DNA of 64,000 nucleotides from Bacillota bacterium (GCA_014896485.1 JADBKH010000002.1:11327-75326), one strand, 5' to 3'. Shown: positions 46,101 to 56,907, counted from the first letter of the stretch. The notes: generated by a model not told the origin, from the sequence alone. Program-made: numbers and translations.

Positions 46101-47180
46101 TTACTGGGGCGGCGCACTCCTCGGTTGCAGGGAGAGGTCTTCCTGTGAAACGGCAGCCTCCCCTTCCGCCCAAGGTCGCCGTAACCCTGCCGGTGCAGCG
46201 GGATCGTTGAGCCAGCAGCGTACGCTGTGTCCTTCTGTTTCCACCTGCTGCTCAATTGGCGGCATCTGTCGACAAATGCGCAAGGCATAGCGGCAGCGGG
46301 GTGCAAATGCACAACCTGACGGAGGATCGAGCAGATCCGGCGGTGTCCCCTCAATCGGTTCCAAAGCACCTTGACGCATCCGATCCAAGCGTGGCACTGA
46401 GCGCAACAGGCCCCACGTGTACGGATGACGTGGCGCATAAAAGAGCGGCTCCAACGGAGCTTGCTCGATCACCTCACCGGCGTACATGACCACAACGCGA
46501 TCGGCCACTTCGGCAACGACCCCGAGATCATGGGTGATCAGCAATACAGCTGCCCCCGTCTCTTTTTGCAGGCGTTTGAGCAAGGCCAGAATTTGCGCCT
46601 GAACGGTCACGTCCAGCGCGGTGGTCGGCTCATCGGCAATCAGCAGCTTCGGCCGGCAAGCCAAAGCCAACGCAATCATCGCCCGTTGACGCATCCCTCC
46701 TGAAAATTGGTGGGGATACTGGTGGGCCCGCTGCACCGCGTCGGGAATGCCGACCAGCTGCAGCATCTCTACGGCGCGTTGCCACGCCTGCTTGCGGGTC
46801 ACCGACTCATGCAACGTGACGACTTCGGCGATCTGACTGCCTACTGTCGCAGTCGGATTGAGCGCAGAGATGGGATCTTGAAAGACGACGGTGATCTGCT
46901 CCCCGCGTACCTGCTGCATCTCCCGTTCAGAGAGCTTGAGCAAATCCCGACCTTCAAACAAAATCTGGCCACCGGTCACTTCTGCAGGAGGGGTCGGCAA
47001 AAGTCGCAAGATCGTCTGGGCAGTGACGCTCTTCCCACAGCCGGATTCACCCACCACTGCAAGCATCTCTCCCGGTGCAATGGCAAAACTGACCCCGCGT
47101 ACCGCTTGGACGAGCCCGGCATACGTGTGAAAGACCACCTGTAAATCACGCACTTCCAATAAAGGAGCTCCAGCCACCAA
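46101..47180 (-). CDS. oppD: Oligopeptide/dipeptide ABC transporter ATP-binding protein (OppD-type)
   Basis: [40 protein letters not shown]. The start is 47180 or GTG 47177, after AAGGAGGAAG. Confidence 0.9.
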   Translation of the reverse strand: MVAGAPLLEVRDLQVVFHTYAGLVQAVRGVSFAIAPGEMLAVVGESGCGKSVTAQTILRLLPTPPAEVTGGQILFEGRDLLKLSEREMQQVRGEQITVVFQDPISALNPTATVGSQIAEVVTLHESVTRKQAWQRAVEMLQLVGIPDAVQRAHQYPHQFSGGMRQRAMIALALACRPKLLIADEPTTALDVTVQAQILALLKRLQKETGAAVLLITHDLGVVAEVADRVVVMYAGEVIEQAPLEPLFYAPRHPYTWGLLRSVPRLDRMRQGALEPIEGTPPDLLDPPSGCAFAPRCRYALRICRQMPPIEQQVETEGHSVRCWLNDPAAPAGLRRPWAEGEAAVSQEDLSLQPRSAPPQ

Positions 47181-47256
47181 CTTCCTCCTTTAAGGCCACG
47201 TTCCATCGCTTCGATCAGAGTCCCCGCCTATGGTCCGTCCAGCACCCCCTGGCAGA

Positions 47257-48183
47257 TTACTGGCGCAAGCGCGGATCCAGGGCATCCCGCAGACCATCGC
47301 CCAGCAGATTGAATGCCAAAATCGTGATGCTGATCAGGATCGCTGGAAAGAGCAACTGCCAGGGATATTGCATCAGCTGTAGCCGTCCCTCACTGACCAG
47401 CGAACCCCAGCTGGCCACCGGCGGCTGCACGCCCAATCCCACAAAGCTCAAAAAAGCCTCGGTAAAGATGGCGTCTGGAATCAACAGCGTCAAGTTGATG
47501 ATGATCTGGCTCATTGTGTTGGGGATCAGGTGACGGAAGATCAGCGCCGCCGGACTTGCGCCCAGTGTCTCGGCAGCCAGCACGAACTCTTGATTGCGCA
47601 ATTGCAAAATTTGTCCACGCACGACACGGGCCATACCCATCCATCCGGTCAAGGCGAAGGCAACCACGATGGGCATCACCCCAGAACCTAGGACCAACAT
47701 CAACAAAATGACGACGATCATGAAGGGGATCCCATAGAGGATCTCCACGATGCGCATCATGATATTGTCGACCATCCCACCAAAAAAGGCTGCAATCCCC
47801 CCGTAGATCACGCCAATCGCCAAGCTCAAGACGGCAGCGATTAGGCCGATCTCCAGCGAGATGCGGCCGCCGACCCAGACACGCACAAAGAGATCGCGGC
47901 CAAGCCGATCGGTGCCGAACCAGTGCTGTGCCGATGGCGGCTGGTTATGTGCGCTTAAATCGATATGATCGAAGGTGAACGGGCGCAGATAAGGTGCAAA
48001 AAGTACACCCAACACCATCAGCGCCAGGATCACCAAGGCTCCCAAAGCAACGCGATTGCGGCGGAAACGCCGCCAGGCATCTGCCCAATAGCTGAGAGGA
48101 GGAGTGGCAATGGCCTCTCGTGCAGCCACATCAGGGCCGACCCACTCAAACGCCTCAGGAGGCAAATCGTGACGGAGAATCAT
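47257..48183 (-). CDS. oppC: Oligopeptide ABC transporter permease (OppC-type)
   Basis: BPD_transp_1 fold with the N-terminal OppC_N segment and EAA-like loop; ends with DALDPRLRQ. Confidence 0.9.
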   Translation of the reverse strand: MILRHDLPPEAFEWVGPDVAAREAIATPPLSYWADAWRRFRRNRVALGALVILALMVLGVLFAPYLRPFTFDHIDLSAHNQPPSAQHWFGTDRLGRDLFVRVWVGGRISLEIGLIAAVLSLAIGVIYGGIAAFFGGMVDNIMMRIVEILYGIPFMIVVILLMLVLGSGVMPIVVAFALTGWMGMARVVRGQILQLRNQEFVLAAETLGASPAALIFRHLIPNTMSQIIINLTLLIPDAIFTEAFLSFVGLGVQPPVASWGSLVSEGRLQLMQYPWQLLFPAILISITILAFNLLGDGLRDALDPRLRQ

Positions 48184-49109
48184 GCTTCACGCCTCCCCAC
48201 GCGAATCCGCGGATCGATCCAGCTATAGGCCACGTCGACCAAAAAGAGCAAAAAGACCAAAAGCGCAGCAAAAAAGAGTGTCACACCCATGATCATCGTA
48301 TAGTCGTCGTCCTCCACGCTGGTGACGAAGTATTGGCCCATGCCAGGTACATTGAAGATCTGCTCGACGACCATCACCCCGGTGACCACCGCTGCGATCA
48401 TCGGCCCCAAAATCGTCACCACCGGCAAGATGGCATTGCGGATCATGTGGCGCCAGACAACAGCCGGCATGGACAATCCCTTTGCTCGTGCCGTCTTGAT
48501 ATACTCCTGCCCGGTTACCTCTATCATCGAGGCGCGCATCATGCGAGCAATCTGCGCCATCGGGCTGGCAGCCAAGGCCAGCGCAGGCAAAACCGTATAG
48601 GCGATCCCACCCCATCCGGAGATGGGCAACCACTGCCACCGAAAGCCAATGAAGTACTGCAGCAACGCGGCAATCACGAAGTTCGGAACCGAGATCCCCA
48701 AGACGGCGATGACCATTGCCACACGATCTGTCACGGTATCCCGCTGGACTGCAGCCACAATTCCCAGCGCCAGACCGACCACCACGGCAAAGGCGATCGC
48801 TTCAAATCCAATGGTAAACGATGGTCCGAAAGTCGTCGCAATGATCTCGTTCACCGTTCGCCCCTGGTATTTGTATGAAACGCCCAAATCACCGTGGATC
48901 AGATTGCTCAAATAGTCCAAATATTGTACAGGTAGGGGTTGATCCAGCCCGTACTTGGCCTTGATGTTCTGCAAGATGACCGGATCGAGGATCTTCGATG
49001 TCGTAAACGGATCGCCGGGAATCATATGCATCAAGAAAAAAGTGAGCGATGCGATCACCCACAGGGTGATCACCATATACAGCAGGCGACGCAGCACATA
49101 GCCGACCAA
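48180..49109 (-). CDS. oppB: Oligopeptide ABC transporter permease (OppB-type)
   Basis: MVGYVLRRLLYMVITLWVIASLTFFLM..PGDP is a typical OppB N-terminus, and it has the EAA loop (YIKTARAKGL). 4-nt overlap with oppC. Confidence 0.9.
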   Translation of the reverse strand: MVGYVLRRLLYMVITLWVIASLTFFLMHMIPGDPFTTSKILDPVILQNIKAKYGLDQPLPVQYLDYLSNLIHGDLGVSYKYQGRTVNEIIATTFGPSFTIGFEAIAFAVVVGLALGIVAAVQRDTVTDRVAMVIAVLGISVPNFVIAALLQYFIGFRWQWLPISGWGGIAYTVLPALALAASPMAQIARMMRASMIEVTGQEYIKTARAKGLSMPAVVWRHMIRNAILPVVTILGPMIAAVVTGVMVVEQIFNVPGMGQYFVTSVEDDDYTMIMGVTLFFAALLVFLLFLVDVAYSWIDPRIRVGRREA

Positions 49110-49197
49110 TGTCGATCACTCCAACCCTTGCAAACCGTTTATTGGAACAACAGCGGGAGGGCCACAAACGCCCTCCCGCTGTTGTGACAACGAGCTA

Positions 49198-50934
49198 TCA
49201 GGGCTGCACAGACGCCCAGGTAAAATCGACATCGCCACCGACAGTAAGCCATGCCAAATCCTTGACGTAGTTGCGCACCGCATGGGGAACCTGTGGATAC
49301 CATTCCGGAATGATCGGCATCTCGTCCATCAAGATCTTCTCGGCTTGTCCCATATCCTCCATGCGCTTTTGGGTATCGGCCGTTGTCTTGGCATCCTTCA
49401 CCAGCGCATCATATTGCGGATTGCTCCAATTGGTGTAGTTGTTGCCACCGTTGGTAACGAACATATCGATGAAGGTCATGGGATCATTATAATCTCCGTA
49501 CCAATCGATGTAGCCCACTTGTTGCTGCCGCTTGCTCAGGGTATCAAGGTGGACTTTCCACTCATCTTGTTGGAGGTTGACGGAAATGCCCAGATTCTCC
49601 TGCCACATGGCTTGAATGGCTTCCGAAACCGGCTTGGCGTTGGGCCGGTTCGGATACAGAAGTGTGACCTTTACGTCGCTGGGGTTAGAGATACCTAGAT
49701 CCTGCATCCCCTTCTGCAGCTCTTGCTTGGCCTGTGTCGCATCAAAGACCGGGAAGTATCCCAACACCTGTTTGCCGTTATCGTTGATGGCGTACTGACG
49801 ATCGCCATATTCTTCGCGGAAACTCTTGTCAGGTGAGCTGCCTGGCATACCTGGTGGCACCAATGCAGTAGCAGGCAGTGCCGTCTTGATGATGCCAGAG
49901 ATCAGCTGCTGGCGATCGATGGCCATCGCCAATGCCTTGCGAATGTGAACATCTTTCAACACCGGATCCTGGACGTTGAGCGCCAGGTAGTAGGTCGCTG
50001 CCGTCGGGGTGGTTACCATATCGGGGCTACCCTGGAATTGGCTGATGTTCTCCGCTGGAATCTGGTCCAAAGCGTCGAGCTGACCGCTGAGATACTCCTG
50101 CACTTCTGTCGAGGTGTCTGCAATGATTGGCATATCAATTTCGTCGAGCTTGACCTTCGAAGCATTCCAATAGCTGGGGTTCTTCTTCATCACCAACTTG
50201 GCATTGTGTTGCCATTCTGTCAGCGTGAAAGGACCATCGTAAACAGCCTTATCGGGAGCACTGAAATACTGATCCCCGTATTTGGAAACGATGTCCTCAC
50301 GGGCCGGCATGTAGGTTCCAAAAGCCATCAAGCCCAAAAAGTAGGGTGTCGGTGCTTCCAGGGTAACGACCAAGGTGTGCGGATCTTTCACCTGGATGCC
50401 GAGATCGGTGGCCTTGGCTTTACCTTCATTGAAGGCTTGTCCATTTTTGATGTAATAAAGCTGATAGGCATAATCAGAGGCTGTCTTGGGATCGAGGGCG
50501 CGCGTCCATGCGTACTTGAAATCGTCTGCTGTGATCGCTTTGCCATCGGACCACTTGGCGTCACGAAGATGAAACGTGTACGTCAATCCATCCGAGGAGA
50601 TCTCATACTTATCGGCGATGCCATAGGTCGGCTTGCCGTCTGGGCCAACGCGCATGAGACCTTCCATAACCGCATTGATGACATTAAAAGAAACCAAATC
50701 GGTCGACTTCTGCGGGTCCAACTGGGGCGGATCGGTCTGGATGCCGAAACGTAACACGCCTGCCTTGGCAGAGACGGGCAAGTGGGCAGCCTGTTGGGTC
50801 TGCGTGCCAGAAGGCGCATTGCCCGATGGCGTGTTGTTGGTTGTTGATCCACCGCCACAACCGGCAAGCAAGCCGGCGAGAATCGCTGCCGACCCGACGC
50901 CCATGAGTGCCGAGCGAAAACGCTTGACGAACAA
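49198..50934 (-). CDS. oppA: Family 5 peptide-binding lipoprotein (OppA-type)
   Basis: Lipobox LLAGCGGGS and an SBP_bac_5 core. TTG at 50934 follows GAAGGGGGT; the track start at 51006 is over-extended. Confidence 0.88.
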   Translation of the reverse strand: MFVKRFRSALMGVGSAAILAGLLAGCGGGSTTNNTPSGNAPSGTQTQQAAHLPVSAKAGVLRFGIQTDPPQLDPQKSTDLVSFNVINAVMEGLMRVGPDGKPTYGIADKYEISSDGLTYTFHLRDAKWSDGKAITADDFKYAWTRALDPKTASDYAYQLYYIKNGQAFNEGKAKATDLGIQVKDPHTLVVTLEAPTPYFLGLMAFGTYMPAREDIVSKYGDQYFSAPDKAVYDGPFTLTEWQHNAKLVMKKNPSYWNASKVKLDEIDMPIIADTSTEVQEYLSGQLDALDQIPAENISQFQGSPDMVTTPTAATYYLALNVQDPVLKDVHIRKALAMAIDRQQLISGIIKTALPATALVPPGMPGSSPDKSFREEYGDRQYAINDNGKQVLGYFPVFDATQAKQELQKGMQDLGISNPSDVKVTLLYPNRPNAKPVSEAIQAMWQENLGISVNLQQDEWKVHLDTLSKRQQQVGYIDWYGDYNDPMTFIDMFVTNGGNNYTNWSNPQYDALVKDAKTTADTQKRMEDMGQAEKILMDEMPIIPEWYPQVPHAVRNYVKDLAWLTVGGDVDFTWASVQP

Positions 50935-51065
50935 ATCGTACCCCCTTCGCTTGCTCTTCTTCTCTCTTCTCTTGCGGCCAAGTCCCCATGACCGGTACGC
51001 CTGCACTTTGGTGTCACGTTCAACACCAAATGACAGCTACAAAACATTTCGAAAGGATTGGACAT

Positions 51066-51094
51066 GTTATAACAGGATCATGCGCTCCCGTCAA
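51066..51094 (-). promoter_or_regulatory. Putative sigma-A promoter of the opp operon
   Basis: Minus strand: TTGACG, 17 nt, TATAAC. It leaves a ~125-nt leader containing the hairpin TTTGGTGT-N8-ACACCAAA. Confidence 0.55.
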
Positions 51095-51235
51095 TATGAC
51101 AAAAGGTGGCAGCATTTTGCTTACAACAAGCAGAGCGGTCACCTGTCCGCGTGTCTCTCGGGGCACAGCCAACTGCGGCGGCGTGCGGATACCGACCAAG
51201 TTCTGGGTGAAGCTGTGCTACAGGCAAAGTCGACC

Positions 51236-51649
51236 CTACTGGTGACGGCCACCGCCGATGCGGGCAATGGCCTCGATTTCGACAGGCGCCCCTTTGGGCA
51301 GTGCCGCCACCTGTACCGTGGAACGTGCAGGCAGCGGTTCTCGCAACAGGGCCCCGTAGGCCTGGTTGACGCGGTCAAAAAGGGCCAGATCTGTCACAAA
51401 GATCGTCGTCTTGACCACGTCCCCAAGGGCAGCTCCTGCCGCCTGTAAGATCGCTTCGATGTTGTGGAGAATCTGCGTCACTTGTGTCTCAATCGGCCCG
51501 TCTACCAGCTGTCCGCTTTCCGGATCGATTGGCAGTTGGCCAGAGACAAAGAGCCATTCTCCTGCCTGTATCGCCTGGTTGTAAGGACCAATCGCAGCGG
51601 GTGCTTTTGGGGTACGGACAGCTTCATTGGTTGTCGACCAGGAATCCAC
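51236..51649 (-). CDS. ridA: RidA/YjgF-family reactive enamine/imine deaminase
   Basis: APAAIGPYNQAI, LFVSGQLPIDP, KTTIFV, ARSTVQVAALPKGAPVEIEAIA. Confidence 0.9.
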   Translation of the reverse strand: MDSWSTTNEAVRTPKAPAAIGPYNQAIQAGEWLFVSGQLPIDPESGQLVDGPIETQVTQILHNIEAILQAAGAALGDVVKTTIFVTDLALFDRVNQAYGALLREPLPARSTVQVAALPKGAPVEIEAIARIGGGRHQ

Positions 51650-51673
51650 GGATGGCTCACTCCTTCTGTGCGT

Positions 51674-53014
51674 TTATTGCGCTGCGATGGGAACGTCGTC
51701 AAGCAAGGCCCAAGGCAACGTGGCACGGCCCAGGGAACGCTCGCTGGAAAGCGCAACCAAGCAGTGCGGCAAGTCGCGAAACAGGTTGAGAGAGAAGACC
51801 GCATCGGTCACCCGGGCCACAGGCTCCCCATGCTCCACCCAAAAGCCGAAAGCGATCGTGCCCCCCACTTGCCCAGCGTATGGGTTACCTGCCCATGCCC
51901 CCATCAGCGCGCAGATGTACAAGCCCTTTTCGATGCCTGCAAGCAAATCCTGCATTGGCTGCTCTCCTGCTTCGACCACGATATTGCTCGGTCCGGCAGT
52001 CGGCTGATCCCCTCGCCAGGCCGATCCGGTCGGGGCCATCTGCAGCTCCACTGCGCTCTCACGATCGAGCAAAAACGAAGAAAGCTTGCCGGCCGTAATG
52101 AGTGGATTGCGCTGGGTAGGAGTTCCTTCGTCATCAAAAGGAGCCGAAGCAACGCCATAGGGTAGCGTCGGATCATCGACGAGTGTCAGCTTCTCACTGG
52201 TGATCAGGCTGCCAAACTGATCTTTTCGAAAGCGGCTCACTCCCTGGCGGACTGCACGCCCATTGAGCGATTGAACAAACGGCATCATTAGATTGGCAAA
52301 AGCCGCCGGATGGAGCAGCACCGGATAACGGCTCGCTGTTGGGCGTCGGGTACGCTGTGCCACCTGTGCCAGTTTCGCCAGACGGTCAGCCATCTGCCGC
52401 AGATGCGGCTGTACCTCCGCTGCCCGCCCGAATTCCTCTCCATCGTATCCGGTGAAAATGTTGGTCTCTTTGGCCGAGCTGATCTCCACCATCACTCCGG
52501 CCGAGCCGGAGGTATAGCTGCCCGAAAATCCACTGCTGTTGGCCAACGCGACGTGATCGGTCGAAACGACCAATTCTGTACCGGCCTGCAGCTCCTCCCC
52601 TGCCTGGCGCAGGCGACGGATCGCATCCTCTCCCAGTGCGACCAACTGCTCTGGGGTCAGTGCGTCCAAAGCTAGATCGTGGGTCTCTACCTGTGGCAGC
52701 GGTGCCGCTGGGGGCAGATCAAGATCGCCAGGGTTGGCCGAACGTGCGATTTCGATGGCTCGTCCAGCGAGATCTTCAGGCGCCTCTCCCCACGAACCAG
52801 TCGCCACACCGACACGTCCGTCGATGGCAACACGAAGTACCACTGCAGCACTGCGTTTGTGCTGAATACTTTCCAAGCGGTTGTAAGCGAAAGAAACAGG
52901 CAGCTCCTCGGAAGCGGTCCAGTAAGCGTCGGCCTTGCTGGCCCCCAAACGTCGTGCTGCTTCGACAAAAGCCTCTGCCGGAACGAACTGCTTTCGCTGC
53001 TGTCCACCGGCCAT
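51674..53014 (-). CDS. pmbA: TldE/PmbA-family metalloprotease subunit
   Basis: PmbA_TldD family blocks (GFSGSYTSG..., GNPYAGQVGG). The ATG at 53014 shares its A with the tldD TGA. The track start at 53122 is over-extended. Confidence 0.85.
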   Translation of the reverse strand: MAGGQQRKQFVPAEAFVEAARRLGASKADAYWTASEELPVSFAYNRLESIQHKRSAAVVLRVAIDGRVGVATGSWGEAPEDLAGRAIEIARSANPGDLDLPPAAPLPQVETHDLALDALTPEQLVALGEDAIRRLRQAGEELQAGTELVVSTDHVALANSSGFSGSYTSGSAGVMVEISSAKETNIFTGYDGEEFGRAAEVQPHLRQMADRLAKLAQVAQRTRRPTASRYPVLLHPAAFANLMMPFVQSLNGRAVRQGVSRFRKDQFGSLITSEKLTLVDDPTLPYGVASAPFDDEGTPTQRNPLITAGKLSSFLLDRESAVELQMAPTGSAWRGDQPTAGPSNIVVEAGEQPMQDLLAGIEKGLYICALMGAWAGNPYAGQVGGTIAFGFWVEHGEPVARVTDAVFSLNLFRDLPHCLVALSSERSLGRATLPWALLDDVPIAAQ

Positions 53015-54432
53015 CACTGAGCACCCCCTACCAGCAGGTTTTGGATGCGGATGTGCGGTGCCCCTTGCGCAACCGGCAAGGGAACCTGTCCTCCCTTGCC
53101 ACAGCCGCCGCCAGATTCGCACTGCGTCTGATCCGAACCAATGGCATCGATGTTTTGCAACGTCTCAAAGAGATTTCCGGAAAGGGTAGCATTTTTCAGG
53201 GGTTCGGCTAACTTGCCGTTTTTGATGCGGTAGGCAGAGGTAGCTCGGAAGGTAAAGTTGCCATGGGTGGTCTCTCCCCCATAGGCACCTTTGGCGTAAA
53301 TCCCGTCTTGGACATCGGCAAAGAGATCTGCGGGTGGCGTCGTACCTGCCTCAATGCAGGTATTGCGCATGCGGACAATCGGCGGATAGCGCCAGTTGAT
53401 CGCCCGAGCATTGCCCGTCGGTCGTTCGCCCAGCTTACCGGCCGTCTCCCGGGAGTGCAGGCGCCCCACCAGAACCCCTTCGCGCAGCAGATAAGTCTTC
53501 TGAGTAGGTACACCCTCGTCATCGTACTTGAGGTAGGCACGGGAGCCAACATCGAGCCCAGAATCATAAATGTTGAGTATCGGACGGCCGAAACGCTTGC
53601 CCAACTGCATCGTCTCCAGCAGATTGGCATCGCCGGCCACATTGTCGCCCTCAGAGAGATGGCCGAACGCCTCGTGAACAAAAACACCGGCCAACACCGG
53701 ATCGAGGATCACCGTATAGGGTCGTCCCTGTACCTCCTGTGCATCCAACAAGGTGACCGCACGCTGGGCAGCATCCTCCACCTGAGCCTCTAACCCACGA
53801 AGAACATCAAAAGATCCTGTGCTCCCAAAGGAGACAAAATCTTGTTGTGTATCCCCGTCGCGGGTAGCGATGGCACCCAGGTTGCCACCCAAGTCCACCT
53901 TTTCCTGCTCAATCGCTGTACCTTCAGAATTGACGAAGGTGACGCGCACCCAGGCGTCGGTATAATGCACTTGGCTGGAGGTCACGCCCACTGTGGAGAG
54001 GATGCGCTCATTGTAGGCGGCCAACAGCTCTTTTTTCTCCTGTACCGAGACACTACGGGGATCTTCGCCAGTCAGCAACAAAGGCACCTGCTCGACGACA
54101 GGTGCCACTTCGGCCAGCGTCACCTGTTCAGTGGCATACCGATTGGCGAGGTTTGCCTGCTCTACAGCAGAGGCAATGGCAGCATCGAGTTCTTCCAAAT
54201 CATAAAAGGAGACAAAGCCCCAACCATCCCCCACCAGCACGCGCACATTGCCACCGGCACTCTTGCCAGCCGTCAGCCGCTCCAGCTTCGGCCCTCGAAA
54301 CGAGATCGCTGTCGACTGCCGCTCTTCCACCCGTATTTCCATGTACCGAACGTCATTGCGCCGACATTTTTGCCGTAGTGCTTCGGTCAACCCCTGCATG
54401 CCCTGCTGCCCCCCATCGCTCCAATGTGCCAT
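53014..54432 (-). CDS. tldD: TldD-family metalloprotease subunit
   Basis: HExxxH zinc motif (VHEAFGHLSEGD), GNARA, and the C-terminal GxC...GKGGQ block. Start ATG at 54432, or 54399. Confidence 0.88.
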   Translation of the reverse strand: MAHWSDGGQQGMQGLTEALRQKCRRNDVRYMEIRVEERQSTAISFRGPKLERLTAGKSAGGNVRVLVGDGWGFVSFYDLEELDAAIASAVEQANLANRYATEQVTLAEVAPVVEQVPLLLTGEDPRSVSVQEKKELLAAYNERILSTVGVTSSQVHYTDAWVRVTFVNSEGTAIEQEKVDLGGNLGAIATRDGDTQQDFVSFGSTGSFDVLRGLEAQVEDAAQRAVTLLDAQEVQGRPYTVILDPVLAGVFVHEAFGHLSEGDNVAGDANLLETMQLGKRFGRPILNIYDSGLDVGSRAYLKYDDEGVPTQKTYLLREGVLVGRLHSRETAGKLGERPTGNARAINWRYPPIVRMRNTCIEAGTTPPADLFADVQDGIYAKGAYGGETTHGNFTFRATSAYRIKNGKLAEPLKNATLSGNLFETLQNIDAIGSDQTQCESGGGCGKGGQVPLPVAQGAPHIRIQNLLVGGAQ

Positions 54433-54508
54433 ACAGCAGCCCGATCTGTGATGCGCTCTATTGTACCGCGTACGAGGGGACTGCCAAAATCCACCTCCGC
54501 ACGGCTGC

Positions 54509-55840
54509 CTAGCCGTCCTGTTCAGGTACCTGCAAGGTCTGGCTCTCGGTTGGCAGTCCGTTTTCATGACGCAGCAGATCGGGTACGAGGAGCAAGGCAG
54601 CTGCGCAGACAAGTAAGGCAACCAGCGCGGCACCAGTGAAAATCCATGGCAGGGGGAAACGATCGGCGAGCACCCCGCCCATCATCTGGCCGATGGGTGT
54701 CAATGCCATGGAGAGCGTCGTGAAAGCGCCGAAGACACGGCCCATCATGGCTAACGGCACCATCCACTGGACCAGCGTCACGACGGTGGCATTGACACTG
54801 GCATTGAAGAATCCCATTACCACAAGCAGCGCAACGTTGACCCCAAGCTGCATACTCCACGCAATGGGAGCGAGCGCGAGCAATTGCAGCATGATTCCAA
54901 CGATCAAGATCTTGGGAGAAGGCTGCACCTTAATCAACCCGAGCAAGAGACCGCCAAGCATCGCACCACTGGAAAACCCGGCCTGCAGCCAGCCAAGACT
55001 CTGTGGACCTGCCTGGACAACCTGTTGCGCCAGGACAGGCAACAGGACGATGGCCGCCGTAAAGAGGAGGTTCAAGACGCTGGCCAACACCAATAGGCTG
55101 ACAATGGGTCGTCTTCCAGCGATCCAGCGCAGTCCGTCCTTGAGTTCGGCAAGAAAAGGGGCCTTCTGCACGTTGACACCTCGCGGGCCTTGCGAAGTTT
55201 CCTTTCGCCCGGGAGCAGTCCCTCCGCTCAAGTGAGCAGACGCCAAGCTGCCCATCGACAGAAAGCCCAGCGCTGAAATGCCGTAACTGAAGGCGTCCAC
55301 AGCCGTTGCGGCAAATACTCCTAAGCCCGCCACCAACAGCCCGCCCAGCGCTGGGCCAAGAACGCGTCCGAGGTTTTGGGTCATCCAGATCAGGCCGTTT
55401 GCCTGTGGCAACTGTTCCACAGGAACGACTTGCGGCCAGAGCGAAGAGAGGGTCGGCTCAAAAAGGGCCAGGCCTGCTGCATCGAGTACCAACGCAAAAT
55501 AGACAATGGGAACGGTGGCCTGCTCCGTCAGAAGGGCCACGGTCAAACCAAGCATCACCAGTCCGCGGACGACCTCAAGTGCGGCCAAATAACGCCGGCG
55601 TTCCACCCGATCGGCGATCACCCCGGCGGGCAAGGAGAGGAGGACCATCGTCAAAACCGCCATAGCATCGGCACCGGCCATCAGCGTAGCCGATCCCGTC
55701 TTTTGCAGCACCCACCAGCTGACGGCGACCGTTGAAGCGCCTGAACCGGTGAGTGAAAGCAGATTGGCGATCCAGACGATCAGAAAGCGCCGATTGTGCC
55801 ACAACGTTGGAAACGCTTGTGACAAAGCGTCTTCTTCCAC
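54509..55840 (-). CDS. MFS transporter (MFS_3 / EntS-like)
   Basis: 12-TM profile and N-terminal FRxLWxxxxxSxxG-like motif (NRRFLIVWIANLLSLTGSG). GTG at 55840 lies 11 nt after the upstream ATPase stop. Confidence 0.8.
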   Translation of the reverse strand: MEEDALSQAFPTLWHNRRFLIVWIANLLSLTGSGASTVAVSWWVLQKTGSATLMAGADAMAVLTMVLLSLPAGVIADRVERRRYLAALEVVRGLVMLGLTVALLTEQATVPIVYFALVLDAAGLALFEPTLSSLWPQVVPVEQLPQANGLIWMTQNLGRVLGPALGGLLVAGLGVFAATAVDAFSYGISALGFLSMGSLASAHLSGGTAPGRKETSQGPRGVNVQKAPFLAELKDGLRWIAGRRPIVSLLVLASVLNLLFTAAIVLLPVLAQQVVQAGPQSLGWLQAGFSSGAMLGGLLLGLIKVQPSPKILIVGIMLQLLALAPIAWSMQLGVNVALLVVMGFFNASVNATVVTLVQWMVPLAMMGRVFGAFTTLSMALTPIGQMMGGVLADRFPLPWIFTGAALVALLVCAAALLLVPDLLRHENGLPTESQTLQVPEQDG

Positions 55841-55851
55841 CCTCTTCCCCC

Positions 55852-56907
55852 CTACGCCACATCTCCCATGGGAAAGTGGCAGGCCACCCAATGTCCGGCG
55901 CTGATCTCTCGCATCTGCGGCTCCTCTTCACGGCAACGCTGCTGCGCAAAGGGACAACGGGTGTGGAAACGGCAGCCCTGTGGCGGATGGGCCGGGGAAG
56001 GCACCTCCCCTTGCAGCACGATCCGTTCCCGCTTGCGGTGCGGGTTGGGCACCGGCATGGCAGAGAGCAACGCGGCAGTGTAGGGATGGGCAGCATGTCC
56101 AAAAATCTCGTCTGTTTCGGCAATTTCAGCCAGTTTGCCCAAGTACATCACACCGACACGATCAGAGATATGGCGGACGACATTCAATCCATGGGCGATA
56201 AACAGGTAGGTCAGCCCCAGCTCGTCCTGCAGGTCGGAGAGCAGGTTGATCACCTGCGATTGGACCGAGACATCCAGTGCCGAGACCGCCTCGTCCGCCA
56301 CGATGAACTTGGGGTTAAGCGCCAAGGCCCGGGCGATGCCAACCCGCTGCCGCTGCCCCCCCGAGAATTCGTGGGGATAATGGTTGCGACGTGACGGATC
56401 CAGCCCTACCAGGCGCATCAACTCGGCCACCCGTTCCTCTATTTCTCGGCCTTTGGCAACGCCATGGACCACAAGAGGTTCAGCGATGATATCACCAATG
56501 GTAAAGCGTGGATTGAGAGAGCCAAACGGGTCCTGGAAGATGATCTGCATCTGTTGGCGCATCTTGCGCATCTGTCTGGGCCGCAGACGGGTTAGGTCGA
56601 CGCCATCAAAGCGCACGATCCCTGCCGTTGGCTCCTGCAAACGCAGAATGACCCGTCCCAACGTCGATTTGCCACAGCCTGACTCGCCGACCAGCCCAAA
56701 GGTCTCGCCCTGCCGGATATCGAAGGTGACGTCATCGACCGCACGTACCGAACCGACCGCATGGGAGAAAAACCCCCCACGGATGGGAAAGTACTTCTTG
56801 AGATGCTCGACTTCGACCAAGGTCTTCTGTTCCTGCAAACGGTTCTCGTCTCGTCTGTCCTCCTGTGCGCTGTCTCCAGCAATCACCCGAACCTGTGGGG
56901 TACTCAT
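55852..56907 (-). CDS. Peptide ABC transporter ATP-binding protein (DppF/OppF-type), second system
   Basis: [40 protein letters not shown]. The ATG at 56907 is in ATGA overlap with the upstream gene. Confidence 0.9.
   Translation of the reverse strand: MSTPQVRVIAGDSAQEDRRDENRLQEQKTLVEVEHLKKYFPIRGGFFSHAVGSVRAVDDVTFDIRQGETFGLVGESGCGKSTLGRVILRLQEPTAGIVRFDGVDLTRLRPRQMRKMRQQMQIIFQDPFGSLNPRFTIGDIIAEPLVVHGVAKGREIEERVAELMRLVGLDPSRRNHYPHEFSGGQRQRVGIARALALNPKFIVADEAVSALDVSVQSQVINLLSDLQDELGLTYLFIAHGLNVVRHISDRVGVMYLGKLAEIAETDEIFGHAAHPYTAALLSAMPVPNPHRKRERIVLQGEVPSPAHPPQGCRFHTRCPFAQQRCREEEPQMREISAGHWVACHFPMGDVA

Noticed and set aside
51003-51031. Hairpin TTTGGTGT-N8-ACACCAAA in the opp leader as a terminator or attenuator
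   Set aside because: No U-tract follows on the transcribed (minus) strand. It may stabilise the 5' UTR, but I cannot support a regulatory call.
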